A DNA stretch of 63,039 nt, counting the filler, from Conidiobolus incongruus B7586 (Eukaryota): the NCBI GenBank assembly GCA_000697335.1. It is 21 parts of 21 records of this genome, joined end to end, with 100 filler letters (N's around TTAATTAATTAA, not from the genome) between each part and the next. Parts side by side here need not be neighbours in the genome. Positions count along the whole stretch, not along the records: positions 33,867 to 38,766 come from JNEM01006910.1; positions 38,867 to 40,095 come from JNEM01006911.1; positions 40,196 to 43,792 come from JNEM01006912.1; positions 43,893 to 45,841 come from JNEM01006913.1; positions 45,942 to 47,626 come from JNEM01006914.1; positions 47,727 to 49,482 come from JNEM01006918.1; positions 49,583 to 51,157 come from JNEM01006919.1; 14 more parts are not named here. One strand, given 5' to 3'. Within the stretch, counting starts at the first letter, position 1. Each line of letters opens with the position of its first letter. Shown here one piece after another: positions 36,502-49,643 of the stretch. The position numbers were made by a program, and so were the translations under genes. The notes under the pieces are model-generated. The model saw only the letters and a program-made list of their open reading frames with translations. It had not been told where the DNA came from and made no database searches.

Positions 36502-37086
36502 ATGTCCTCAATATTAAATTGGTTTTCATGCTTACCATTCGGAATCTCCGAGGGGAAAAATAAGTCATCATCAACGATTTGGCCAGCAACCAAATATAAT
36601 CCCCAAATTCATAAGACTGTGGGCGTTGATCGTCCTATGAGACACGTTGCGAATCGCGTGTCTGTATATTCCAAGTATGGTAAAGTCAATAAACTCACTA
36701 TGATCAATCCTTTCGAGTGCAAGGTGCTCAGTATTGTCAAAACTATAGCTCAATACCCCGATCCAATCGACCCGATAGACATTTACGATCCCCAATCCAT
36801 CAGATTTCAGCCCAGACTCCACTTTAAGAAGGGAACAAAATTATGCGTGGTTGGCAAGGAGGCTGGTTACCTCATTGCGTACCGAATGGAAGATCCCGAC
36901 AGGGATTTGGGATTTTTCTCACCACACTTGGCCAAAGTGGACCAGGACTGGGTTGCCATGATCTCACCCCAAATGGCGTCTTTATCACCTATATCTGACT
37001 TGGAACCTACTTACGAGGGATCTGTAATGACATTACCTTCACCTCCTCATTTCCCACCTCCTAGAATTCCTCATCCAAACTCTTAA
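36502..37086 (+). CDS. Small protein with divergent SH3-like domain and proline-rich tail, 194 aa
   Basis: ATG in ACAACAATGT context, coding-like composition. VKTIAQY...LHFKKGTKLCVVGKEAGYLIAY......LGFFS follows SH3 strand order. Tail LPSPPHFPPPRIPHP; AATAAA at about 37125. Confidence 0.75.
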   Translation: MSSILNWFSCLPFGISEGKNKSSSTIWPATKYNPQIHKTVGVDRPMRHVANRVSVYSKYGKVNKLTMINPFECKVLSIVKTIAQYPDPIDPIDIYDPQSIRFQPRLHFKKGTKLCVVGKEAGYLIAYRMEDPDRDLGFFSPHLAKVDQDWVAMISPQMASLSPISDLEPTYEGSVMTLPSPPHFPPPRIPHPNS

Positions 37087-38261
37087 CCCTGAAATTTTTA
37101 ATTTAATTTTGCATTAGTTTCATTAATAAAATACTTGCATAAATATTGTTGCATATACTAAATAATTAATTTAAAATTGAACAGTAAGTTATTCAATTTG
37201 AAGCATACTCTAAATAACAAATAGCATTGAATTATTCTCTCAGAATACTAATTTATAATAATAATGAAATTGTCTAAATGTTCCAATTTATATTTACCAT
37301 TTTGAATATATTGATATTGAATTTTTCAAAATTAGTAACTTATTGAAATAATTATTCCAATATTCAATATTAAATTAAAAAATATTTTTATTTTTTTCTC
37401 ATCTTTGATTATCTTTAAATTTGTTTATAATTTGTATTCAATAACTCAAATTAATCAATTTAAAATTTTGAAATTTCTCAATTTATTTAAATTTTTACGC
37501 CGATAAATTATTAATTAAAATTGATATTATTAATATTATTGAACTTGTAATTTATTAATAAATTAAAATTTTAAAATTTCAGTATATATTCATTTTTAAA
37601 GTTATTGAATAATAATAATAATGAAATATAATACTTTGATTTGAATAAAGATTTGGACAAATTAATTTGATATATAATATTATTTGATATTTTACATAAT
37701 TTTTAAATATTATAATAATTTACATTAATTAATATATTTAATAAGTTAATACTTTTAGAAATAGTTAATTATTTGATTTATATTTTTAACACAAAGATAT
37801 TTAATATACTTTCAAAATTTTACACTCAATTAATATTTTTTAAGATTCATAATAAATATTAGAAATAAACAAATAATCATAGAGAATAAATAATGGAATA
37901 ATATGTTAAATATATTCTATTTTACGGTATATTGTAGTCTACAGTTATGAGTATATTAATTGTATAAAAACCGGAATACTATAATTATTCAATCCAAAGA
38001 CCAAGTAATATTATTTACCAATTATATAATCGAAAAAATTTACTCTTGAGTAATTCTAATATAAAAAATTATCAAATTTAGTAATTAAAATAATAACTTT
38101 ATGATTCACCTATCTTACACATAAAATCAAAAAATACCTTGATATATAGTTTTATTATATTTTCAAGATATACTGAAATTGAAATTCAATATTTAGATCA
38201 ATATTTCAATCATTTAATCACAAATAATATAATTTTTTTTGTAATTGATTTATAATCTAAT

Positions 38262-38766
38262 TTTACTAAAGAAATTAAATAATGGCAAAATTTTAAAACA
38301 TAAATTAAATATAATTTTCAATATATAACCAATGAAAATATAAAAAATATATATATTATGAATAGTCTTTTTTATTATTAATAACTATTTGCCATAATTA
38401 TGGCAAGCTTCTAATACCTAAAAAATAATCCTTTTTATTAAAGTCTGAAATTTAATGTTTCACAAACTAATTAAATTTGTTTGCAATAATTTTCTTTCTC
38501 ACAAGCATATTTTTTAATTGCATAAAACAAACAAAATTACTTAGGGTATAATCTGATTTATATATTAAATATAATAATTCTTTCAAATTTTTTAATTAAA
38601 AGTTTTTAAAATATTATTTCTATATATATTAAAATTATTATATAAAATAACAGGTATTTTTAAATATTTAATAGAAATATTAATTAAAAATAATATTATT
38701 TAAATAATATAAATTATTAATTAATTTATCATAAAAAATTAAAATAAAAAAATATAAAATATTAAT
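38262..38766 (-). mobile_element. Mariner 3' fragment
   Basis: The minus strand encodes (S)DYTLSNFVCFMQLKNML (YSPDLAPSD-like region) and GIRSLP..WQ; homologous to 34090-34450. Confidence 0.65.
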
Positions 38767-38866
38767 NNNNNNNNNNNNNNNNNNNNNNNNNNNNNNNNNN
38801 NNNNNNNNNNTTAATTAATTAANNNNNNNNNNNNNNNNNNNNNNNNNNNNNNNNNNNNNNNNNNNN

Positions 38867-40095
38867 AAATTATTATTTTAAATAATATTAGTATAAAAAT
38901 TCTTAAATCCATCTTTAAAAAAATTCACTTATGTATTAATTAACTTTATAGTAAAGGTAAATCAACTTGTAAGATTGCTGGAATTACTAGTGTTAGCTAG
39001 TTTATTATAACTAAGGTTATTAAAAATTATGGTAAAGATATATTTAAGCCTAAACTTAAGTGTGTTAAGATTATAGATAAATATAATGAAAGGTATATTT
39101 ATAGGTTAGTTAGTACAAATAAGTGTAATATTACTATAGAAGTATAGAAAGAATTATAAGACTATATAGGAATATTAGTTAGTACTAATACTATTATACA
39201 TATTTTATATTATAATAGATACCACTTACACCTTAAGAAAAAACACCCTTAACTAAAAAAATCCCATTGTAAAGCTAGGCAAGAGTTTAAATATCATCAC
39301 TAAAGTTGAACCAAAACTAATTAGAGTAAGATTATTTAATCTGATGAAACAAAAATATATTTTAGTAAATCTAATAAAAAAGCTAGATATTTCAGAAAAG
39401 ACAAAGAATTACTTTATGACCATTATGTTATTTCAACCTAAAAATATAATAATAGGTCAATTATAGTTTAAAGATATATATTATCTTCTGGTGTAGAATA
39501 TCTTTGTAAAGTTGATAAGGGAATTAATATTAAGATATACTAAAATATTCTAAACAATAAATTAAAAAACTATTGAATAGTATAGATTAAATAAATCAGA
39601 TGTTATTTTCTAATAAAATAATACCTTTTGTTATATTGCTATTTTTATTACCAAATAGTTTAAAAATAATAAAATAATAGTTATAAAGTGGCTTCCTTAA
39701 TTTTTTAATTTTAATCTAATTGAACACCTTTGGGATTAGTTAAAAAAAGCAATTAAAGCTTTCCTATAAGCAAAAATTTAAATAAGCTTTGGGAATATAT
39801 TTAAGAAGCTTAGAACAAAATTAATCCTTTTTAATATAAGAAGTTAGTTGACTTTATACCTTATAAACTTAAGGAAATTAGGAAAGCAAAAGATAGATAT
39901 ACTAAGTTTTAATTTTCTTTCTATAACCAAAATACACAAATTTATGACTTATCTTAGGTAAAATTTAAACTTTAATATATCAACTAAAAGTTAATATAAT
40001 TGGATCAAATATACTTAATTATAAATAAATAATAAAAGTTTATTATATGTTTTAATTTAAATTAATTTAATTAAGAATTAACAAAGTTATTGATA
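38867..40095 (+). mobile_element. Dead Tc1 copy, subfamily 3, ends in gaps
   Basis: Readable KGKSTCKIAGITSVS, SDETK, KWLP, IEHLWD; 3' flank matches 14520-14700 in reverse complement. Confidence 0.92.
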
Positions 40096-40195
40096 NNNNN
40101 NNNNNNNNNNNNNNNNNNNNNNNNNNNNNNNNNNNNNNNTTAATTAATTAANNNNNNNNNNNNNNNNNNNNNNNNNNNNNNNNNNNNNNNNNNNN

Positions 40196-43100
40196 AAAAC
40201 TATAATAATTTATAAGGATATATATTTGTTTATTATATATCTATTAATACTTTATTTGTTAATTTAAATAAAATAATAACTAATGACTATTTTTTATATA
40301 ATATAATAAGTTATTTGCTAATATTTTTGAATTTATAAATAGATTACCTCTTAAACATAATATTAAACGTAAATTTAAATTTCGCTTAAGTATACAACTA
40401 TATTCAAAGCTTATTTATTATTTATCTGTTAAATAATATTAAACTTTAAAAGAAGAAATTTATAAATTACTTGAAAATAAATATATTAAATTTTTTTCCT
40501 TATCATAAAAATCTCTTATTTTCTTTATATAAAAGGTTAATAGTAATTAAAGATTATATATTGATAATTGTGTTTTAAACTCTAAAGCTATCAAAGATGA
40601 AATTTTATTATTAAACTTATATGATATTAAAGATAAACTACTTAAATCTACTATATTCATTAAATTAAATATTAGAAATATTTATTATAATATTATTTTT
40701 GAAGAAAATTCTATTTTTTTAACTACTTTTAATATTTTATTAAGTTACTATAAACTTACTATAATAAACTTTAGATTATATAATGCTTTTATAACTTTTA
40801 TTTAATTTATCAATTCCTTTTTTGACCTTATCTTTAATAACTTTATTATCACTTATTTTAATAATATCATAATCTATTTAAAAACTAAAGAAGAATATAT
40901 TTAATATGTTAATTAAGTTTTACAAATTATTTAAGAATATAAATTATCTTTGAAGTTATTAAAATACATTTTTAATGCTTCTTCTATCTTTTTCTATAGT
41001 TATATTGTTTCTTCTTAAGGAATTAACATTGATTTAACTAAATTCAATGGTGTAAGAGCTTTTATTATATTTATAAACAAAAATTAACTTATGTTTATAC
41101 TTAGATTGTTAAATTACTTTAAAGATTTCATTAACTTTTTTGTTAAACTTATAACTTTTTTAATTAATTCTTTGAGAAAAAACTATTTTTTTAAATAAAC
41201 CCTATTATATACTTTTTGCATAAATGTTTTAATTTTCTATATTACTAATGCTCTTGCTTTATTTATTTATAATCTTAAATTACTTATTATTATTTTTACT
41301 AACTCTAATCTTTTTTGTAATTTGTGGATAGTTAACTTAATTTATATTTTATCTTTTAACTATAAGATAAAATAGTAAATAAAGGAGAATAGGTTAAGTT
41401 TAACCCTATAAACATTACTTTAAAGTTTATAATATTTTAATTAAGAAAAATAAAACTAGCTGAATTAAAATACCTAATCTATAGATAAAAACTTTTTGCT
41501 TTAGTAGAAATAATCAAAAATCACTTATATTTTTTATTTTACAATTTTTTCTTAATATTTATAAATTATAAATCACCTATTTACTTAAACACTTAAAAAT
41601 ATTTATCAAGAAGATAAGTTAAATAGATTAAAATAATCTAAGCTTATCCTTTTTTTATTTAATATCTTTTAGGTTAATAAAATTATATTGTAGATATTTT
41701 GTTAAAAAATCTTATATATCTATCTTTTTATTTTAATTATAAAACCCAGCAAATATTAACTTAATAATTATTAATAAAGGAAATAAAAGATTTATTAAAC
41801 TATTTTGAAAAAAAATACCAAATTATAAATTCTTTATTATAAATAAAGAAATACTCTTTAAACTATCAAAAAACTAATTAAAATATGTTAAAAGATTTAA
41901 AATCATTGATAACTTACTATATTATAATAATTGTCTATATATCCTTAATATTCCTAAAATCTAACAAGCAATATTTAATAAATATTATAACTTATTTATT
42001 AAAAAACATCAAAACTAGTTAAAGATTAATAAGAGAATTAAAACAAAATATTACTAGCTTTCTTTAATTAAATTAGTTTAGAAATACACTAATACTTATA
42101 ATATAAACTAAAAAACTAAATATAATACCTTACTAAAATATAACAACAAATCCAACTTAATTTTATAGAAATTTTTAAATCAACAACTAATTATAATAAT
42201 TTATTGATTGTAATTGGTTTATTCTTTAAATATGTTTAATTTATTCCTTGTTTTAAAACTTCTATAGTTAAAGATATTATATAGCTATTATTCTCTAATA
42301 TTTTTACCTATTATAAAATTCCACAAACTATTATATTTAATAAAAATATATAATTCAACTCTTAATTTTAGAAGTTACTATCTTCTTCCCTTAAGATTAA
42401 TCTAGCTATGTTTATTATTAATTATTACTAAACTAATAAACCTACTAAAAAAATTATTAAAACCTTAAAGCAAATAATTAGAATATATATTGATATTAAT
42501 CAGTTAAATTAAAATATTTATATCTATTAACTTTAATACTTATTTAATATTTTTATCAATTAATTAAAAGGTTTTAGCTTTTATATTATTAATTTAAGTA
42601 AATATCTTAATAATTTCCCTAAAACTTTAAATCAACTTATCTTTAAATGTTGTTGAATTTTAATCTAATATTAAATATATTAATTCCTATATTAAATTTA
42701 ACTTGGAAGAAAATTAAAAGATTATAGAATAAAAATATTTAAAATTATTTAAGAATTCTCTTAAATGTAAAACTAGTATGTTTATATACTTAGAATAATC
42801 TACCCTTAAATTTACCTTACTCAAATTTAACTTAAATCTAAAATACTTGCTATTATTTTATAATCCTTATAAAATTTAATCTATTGATTTAAATTTTGAA
42901 AATATTACCTTAGAATTACCTCTAATTTTGAGGATCAACTTTACCTTTCATTTAACAAAAATCAAACCTTATTTTGAAAATTTTAATATTTTTCCTAATT
43001 GATTAAAAGTTTTAAAACTAGATTTAATTATTAATTAAAATAGAGAAAAACAATACTATGTTAATTATATAATTAAATCTAAATCTATTAGAAATAAACT

Positions 43101-43615
43101 TTATTTTTATATAAAATGGATAGGTTATCTTATTAAAGAAGCTATATAAGAACCCTTAAAAAATATTAAGTTTACTTTAGCTTATTATACCTATTTATAA
43201 AAATTTAAGGAGTATTAAGAGATTAATTCTTTAAATTCTTATATATATTTTCATATAATTCAATTAACTATAAATTATATAATTAATTTATATTTTTATA
43301 GTTAAATTAATTTTATAAATAATATTAAATTATTTAATAAACTAGGTTCTTTTTTTTCTCTCATTTCTTACTATTTCTTATTTTTTTCATTATTTCTAAA
43401 ATTGAGACTATATCCTATTAATACTATAGTATATTAACACTAACTAATATAAATCTTAATATATTAGTGACTCATCTTAGTTTAAAACTTAATTTAATTT
43501 TTTTTATATTTGCATATTATAGCTATATAATAGTACCATATTTTGTATTACACTATTTTTATATTAAGTCTTCTTCTACACTATATTAGTATTTACCATT
43601 ATGCTTATATTAATA
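40196..43615 (+). mobile_element. Dead Ty3/Gypsy chromovirus: RT-RNaseH-integrase-chromodomain, PPT and 3' LTR (43213-43615)
   Basis: RT relics RLYIDNCVLNSKAIKD (about 40550) and YFNNIIIY = YFDD (about 40855). LLNYFKDFI (about 41105). RNaseH IFTNS and AELKYL. Integrase HQTDG-like (about 42425). Chromodomain YYVNYIIKSK...YFYIKWIGY..KEA.(W)EPLKNI (43050-43170). AAGGAG precedes the LTR. Confidence 0.9.
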
Positions 43616-43892
43616 GAAAAATTTAATATTATCAAAAATATAAAGTTATTTTATATCTATTATATTACTTTAATATAAAAATAACATATATATTATTTTT
43701 AAATATAAATATTATTTAAAACCAGTAGTTAAAAAAATATTTAATAATATAATTATATTAAATAATATTTTATATAAAATAATATATTTTGCNNNNNNNN
43801 NNNNNNNNNNNNNNNNNNNNNNNNNNNNNNNNNNNNTTAATTAATTAANNNNNNNNNNNNNNNNNNNNNNNNNNNNNNNNNNNNNNNNNNNN

Positions 43893-45841
43893 AATACTAT
43901 ATAATCATATTTTTCTTTATTATTATTTTATATAATATCTTATAGATATATTAATTTTTTTTATTAATATTATTATATTCAAATCCATTTTTAAAAAATT
44001 AATTTGTATATTAATTAACTTGATAAAAAAAATAAATTAATTTATAATATTATTAAAATTAATAATATTAGCTAGTTTATTATAGTTTAAGTTATTAAAA
44101 ATAAAAATTAAAACATATTTAAAATTAAACATAAATATATTAAAATTATAAATAAACATGATAAAAAGAATATTTATTAGTTAGTTAATACACTAACCTA
44201 TAAAAGTAAATCATTAAATCAAAAATATATATATTTTAATTAATAACTAAAACAATTATATATATTAGATTACTTGAAACTATAATATATAATTAAGGTA
44301 TATTATTTAATAATAAATAAATATTTTTAGATATATTTAGTAAACTATTAGCAAAAAATATTAACCTTTAATATTTAACTAAGGTGAGTTATAAATTTGT
44401 AGGTTTTTGAGATAAAGGGATATATTTAACAATATATAATTATATCTTTTTTCTCTCTTTGTTATTATTTTATATAATATTTTATTGATATATTAAATTT
44501 TTTTATTAATATCATTATACTTAAATCCCTCTCTAAAAAAATCTATTTATATATCATTTAAATTTATAAAGAAGATAAATCAACTTATAATATTATTAGA
44601 ACTACTAGTGTTAACTAGTTTACTATAGTTAAAGCTATTAAGAATAACAATAAAGAAATATTTAAACTTAAACTTAAGTGTGTTAAAATTATAAATGAAT
44701 ATGATAAGAAGTATATTTGTAGATTAGTTAATATAAGCAAGTATAATATTATTGTAAAAATATAGCAGGAATTATAAGACTATATAAGAATATTAGTTAA
44801 CACTAATACTATTATATATGTTTTATATTAGTATAGATACCACTTATACCTTAAGAAAAAACACTCCCAACTAAAAAAATATTATTATAAAGTTAAGTGG
44901 GAGTTTAAATATTATCACTAATATTAAATTAAAATTGATTATAATAAAGTTATTTAGTTTAATAAAACAAAAATATATTTTAGTAAATCTAATAGAAAAA
45001 CTAGATACTTTAAAAAAGATGCAAAACTACTTTATAATTATTATGTTAATTTTACCCAAAAGTATAATAATGGGTTAATTATTATTTGGGGATATATATT
45101 ATCTTTAGGTGTAAGGTATTTTTGTAAAATTAATGAGGGAATTAATACTAAGATATATTAAAGTATATTAAACATTAAATTGAAAAAAACAATTGAATAA
45201 TATAGGTTAAATAAATCTAATGTTATTTTCTAGCAAGATAATGCTTCTTGTTATATTATAACTTTTACTATTAAATAGCTTAAAAATAACAAGATAACAG
45301 TTATAAAATAACTTTTTTAATCTCTAAACTTCAATTTAATTAAATATCTTTAAAATCAGTTAAAAAAAGCTATTAAAGTTTTCCCCTTAGTAAAAGATTT
45401 AAATCAACTTTAAAAGTATATTCAAGAAGTATAAAACAAAATTAACCCTTTTTAATATAAGAAGTTAGTTAATTCTATACCCTACAAATTTAAAAAAGTT
45501 AGAAAAGTTAAAGGTAGATACACTAGGTTTTAATTTTTTTTTATCACCAAAAACCTACAAATTTATAATTCACCCTAGGTAAAATTTAATGGTTTATATT
45601 TTAACCAAAATAATAGTTAAATATCATTATTTAATGATATTTATAGTTAATAAATATAATAGATTTTAATTATTTAATTTAAGTTTATTTTATTAAATAT
45701 TAATTAAGTTATTAGTAGAAATATAAGTATTTTTGATTTTATAACTTATTTTTGCAAGTTAGTATATAAATAAATATAATATTATTATAAAAATACAACA
45801 GGAATTAAAAAAAAATATAAGAATATTAGTTAACAATAATA
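43893..45841 (+). mobile_element. Older Tc1 host copy (43893-44190 plus 45765-45841)
   Basis: The 5' transposase region is interrupted at TTAGTTAATA and resumes colinearly after the inserted element. Confidence 0.85.
44191..45764 (+). mobile_element. Full-length dead Tc1 element, subfamily 1 (1574 bp), nested
   Basis: TA-CACTAACCTATAAAAGT ... TTTTTGCAAGTTAGTA-TA (terminal G mutated to A). Confidence 0.93.
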
Positions 45842-45941
45842 NNNNNNNNNNNNNNNNNNNNNNNNNNNNNNNNNNNNNNNNNNNNTTAATTAATTAANNN
45901 NNNNNNNNNNNNNNNNNNNNNNNNNNNNNNNNNNNNNNNNN

Positions 45942-47626
45942 ACAAGGCTTTTCTATTTTCTCGTAATTTTTATTATTTCTTATTTTTTTTCATTATTTCT
46001 AAGATTGAAACTATATTCTATTAATACTATAGTATATTAATATTATTTAATATAAATCTTAATATATTAGTGATTAATTTTAGTTTAAAGCTTAATTAAT
46101 TTTTTTTATATTTGCACACTATAGATATATTATAGTACTATATTTTATATCATATTATTTATATATTAAAGTCTTCCTCTATATTAAATTAGTATTTTAC
46201 CATTATACTTATATAGTAACAACAATAAAATTACTAAAAAGCTATTAGAAACTAATAATTATTTATATTAAATCTACTTATTATTATTTTAAATTTTATT
46301 TATAATTTAATTTATTTAAATTTAATATTATACACTATAATACTATTAAAAAAATACCCTTATATTATATTAATAATGATAATAGTTTAATTATTAAGTG
46401 AATCTAAAATTTTAATTCTTAAAAGTTTGTTGCCTTTTAAGAAACTGATATTAGATAACTTTTGGTTAAAAAATATATAATTTAAAAAACTTAAATCTAA
46501 CAAACTAGTTATTTTATTATTATTAACATATTATATTATTTACTTAGTGCTTTTAAAAACAAATTAACTATTTATAATAGTTTTAAAAACTTTTACAAGC
46601 TTAAAAATTATTTGAAAAATATAAAAAATTATCTTAATTTAATTTTAAATAAAGATTTAAAGAATATCCTTAAATTCATTACTTTTTTTAGAAAAATCTA
46701 TTTATACTTAGTAGTTAACTTATTATAAGCTTAATCCTAAAGAATCTTTAGAGGGATAACTTATTATAAAAATACAAACCTTTAAATAGTTAAAAAAAGC
46801 TTTTAAAAAAGATATTACTTAAAAAATTAAGTTTAACTAACAAGAAAAAAGCTTTTTTAACTTAAATAAAAAACTTCTATAAGGTAATTAATTAAGAAAT
46901 TCAATGAGATATGTTTAAATATATTAAATATTATTAAAGAAGAATAAATCCACAAGTTATTATAATATCTTAATTTTTAAGTAAAACTTGAGTTAGTTAA
47001 TAGGGAAAATTTTAATAATATGTTTTTTTACTATTTATGATGTAATAATTATAATTGATGATATCTTTTATTTTATAACTAAATTTTTTTATCTTAAGAA
47101 TTAATTTTTTAAAACTTACTTTAATTTATTAAAATCTCAAATAATAAATATTTTTGTTTTAAGGTTTTATAAGAGAGCTTTTAATAAAAAAGTTAAAATT
47201 TATTTAAAAATAAATAAAAACTGTTATTATTATTAAAAGATTTAAGTTAATTATAAAGTTAATAAATATCCCTTTAAAAAACAATATTTGTTTAATTTTT
47301 AATAATTTTAATCTATTAATTATAAATTAAACTTGAATAATATTAATATAACTTTAAAATTACTTATTTTATAATTAGTTAATAGATTTTAATTTATTCT
47401 ACAAAAGTTTTAATAGACTAATAATTCTATAAATTAAATTATATATATTAGAGAGATTTAACTAATTAAATTACTAGAAACTAAAAATATTCTAGTACAT
47501 AATTTACCTTATAATTCTTTACCTTTAACTATCATGTTATTGTTTGTTTTAACTAGATATTTTATAAACATACTTGTTAATATTTTAATTAACTTTAGTT
47601 GTTTTAATTATATTATCTTTTTTTTA
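45942..47626 (+). mobile_element. Chromovirus 5' LTR end (to 46221) plus gag and start of protease, dead
   Basis: 45942-46221 matches LTR 43340-43615 and ends GTAACA. ATTTTAATTAACTTTAGTTGTTTTAATTAT near 47582 back-mutates to ILIDSGCSNY (aspartic protease DSG). Confidence 0.75.
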
Positions 47627-47726
47627 NNNNNNNNNNNNNNNNNNNNNNNNNNNNNNNNNNNNNNNNNNNNTTAATTAATTAANNNNNNNNNNNNNNNNNN
47701 NNNNNNNNNNNNNNNNNNNNNNNNNN

Positions 47727-49282
47727 AAAGGTAAGTCATAAAATCAAAATTACTTATATATTTACTTATATCTTAAACAATTTTTAATTAAATAAATTTA
47801 AATTAAAATATATAATTTACCTATAGTATTTGATTATAACTAACTATATTTGATTATATTTTATTAACTATTGGTTAATATATTAAAACCTAATATTTTA
47901 CCAAAGTGAGTTATAAATTTGTGGGTTTATATACTAAAGGGGTATAAATAACAAAACTTATATATATCTTCTTTTTCTCTTATTTTATTTTATATATTAT
48001 ATAACTATTAAGCTATTATTTTAAAATTAATATTATAAACCTAAATCTTTCTCTAAAAAAGTTCACTTATATATTAATTAACTTTACAATGAAAATAAAT
48101 TAACTTGTGAGATTGTTAGAATTACTAGTGTTAACTAATCTACTATAGCTAGGGTTATTAAGAATAATATTAAAAAAACACTTAAATTAAAACTTAAATA
48201 TGCTAGGATTATGGATGAATATAATAAACAGTATATTTATAGATTAATTAGTACAGGTAAGTATAATATTGCTATAGAAATATAATAAGAATAACAAGAC
48301 TATGCAAAAATATTAGTTAATATTAATACTATTATATATGTTTTATGTTAGAATGAATATTACTCACATCTCAAGAAAAAACACCTCCAACTAAAAAAAT
48401 CCCATTATAGGGTTAGGCAAGAGTTTAAATACCTACACCAGAGTTAAACTGAAGCTAATTAAAATAAAGTTATTTAGTCTGATGAAACAAAGATATGTTT
48501 TAATGAATCTAATAAAAAAGCTAAATATTTCAAAAAAAAATAAAGAATCATTTTATAACTATCATGTTATTATAACCTAAAAATACAATGGTGGGTTAAT
48601 AATAGTTTAGGGATATATATTATATTTAGGTGTAGGGTATTTTTATAGAGTTAATAGGGGAATTAATGTTGAGATATATTAAAATATATTAAATAATAAA
48701 TTGAAAAAAGCTATTAAGTGGTATAGGTTAAATAAATTAGATATTATTTTCCAACAAAATAATACCCCTTGCTATTTTACAAATTCTATTATTAAATGGC
48801 TTAAAAATAACAAAATAACTATTATAAAATAACCTTTTTAATTTCCTAATCTTAAACTAATTGAATATCTTTGGGATCAATTAAAAGAATCAATTAAAGC
48901 TTTTCCCTTAGCAAAAAATTTAAATTAACTTTAAGAGTATATTCAAGAAATTTGGAATAATATTAGTTCTGCTTAATATAAAAAGCTAGTTAACTCTATG
49001 CCCTATAAATTTAAAGAAGTTATAAAAGCAAAAGGTGGATATACTTTATATTAATTTTTCTATCAATATTAAAACCTGCAAATTTATAACTTATCTTAAG
49101 TATACTATTAGTTTTAATATACTAATTAATAATTAATTAAATAACTTTATTAATTATATTATAAGTAAAAAATATATACTAATTATATAGTTTAATATAA
49201 ATTTATTTAAATTAGAATTAATCAAGATATTAATAGAAATATTTATATTTTTAATTTTATGACTCTTTTTTGCAAGCTAGTG
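47727..49282 (+). mobile_element. Nearly full-length dead Tc1 copy, subfamily 2
   Basis: Begins in the left TIR (GTAAGTCATAAAATCAAAA) and ends ATGACTCTTTTTTGCAAGCTAGTG-TA. Readable QQNN, KWLKNNK, IEYLWDQLK, KAKGGYT. Confidence 0.93.
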
Positions 49283-49482
49283 TAGTTTAATTTTTAAATT
49301 ATTTCAAAGTTATTATTAATTTTTTAATTAAATTTATTATACTTTTGATTAATTTTTTAAAATATCACTTTTCTTTAAATAGACCCTATTATATATTTTT
49401 TATATAAATATTTTAGTCTATTATATTATTAATGATCTTTTTTTATTTTTTTTATTTAAAATTACTAATTATTATTTTTACT
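49283..49482 (+). mobile_element. Gypsy pol fragment (RT/RNaseH connection) serving as the Tc1 insertion site
   Basis: Aligns with about 41102-41300 (AAATTATTTCAAAG...TTTAAATAGACCCTATTATATA). Confidence 0.7.
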
Positions 49483-49643
49483 NNNNNNNNNNNNNNNNNN
49501 NNNNNNNNNNNNNNNNNNNNNNNNNNTTAATTAATTAANNNNNNNNNNNNNNNNNNNNNNNNNNNNNNNNNNNNNNNNNNNNATTATATAATATATATAT
49601 TTTTATTTTAAAATTATTTATATTTTTATATATTTTATACAAA

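Noticed and set aside
36571..36822. 83-aa minus-strand ORF
   Set aside because: Antisense shadow of the SH3 gene.
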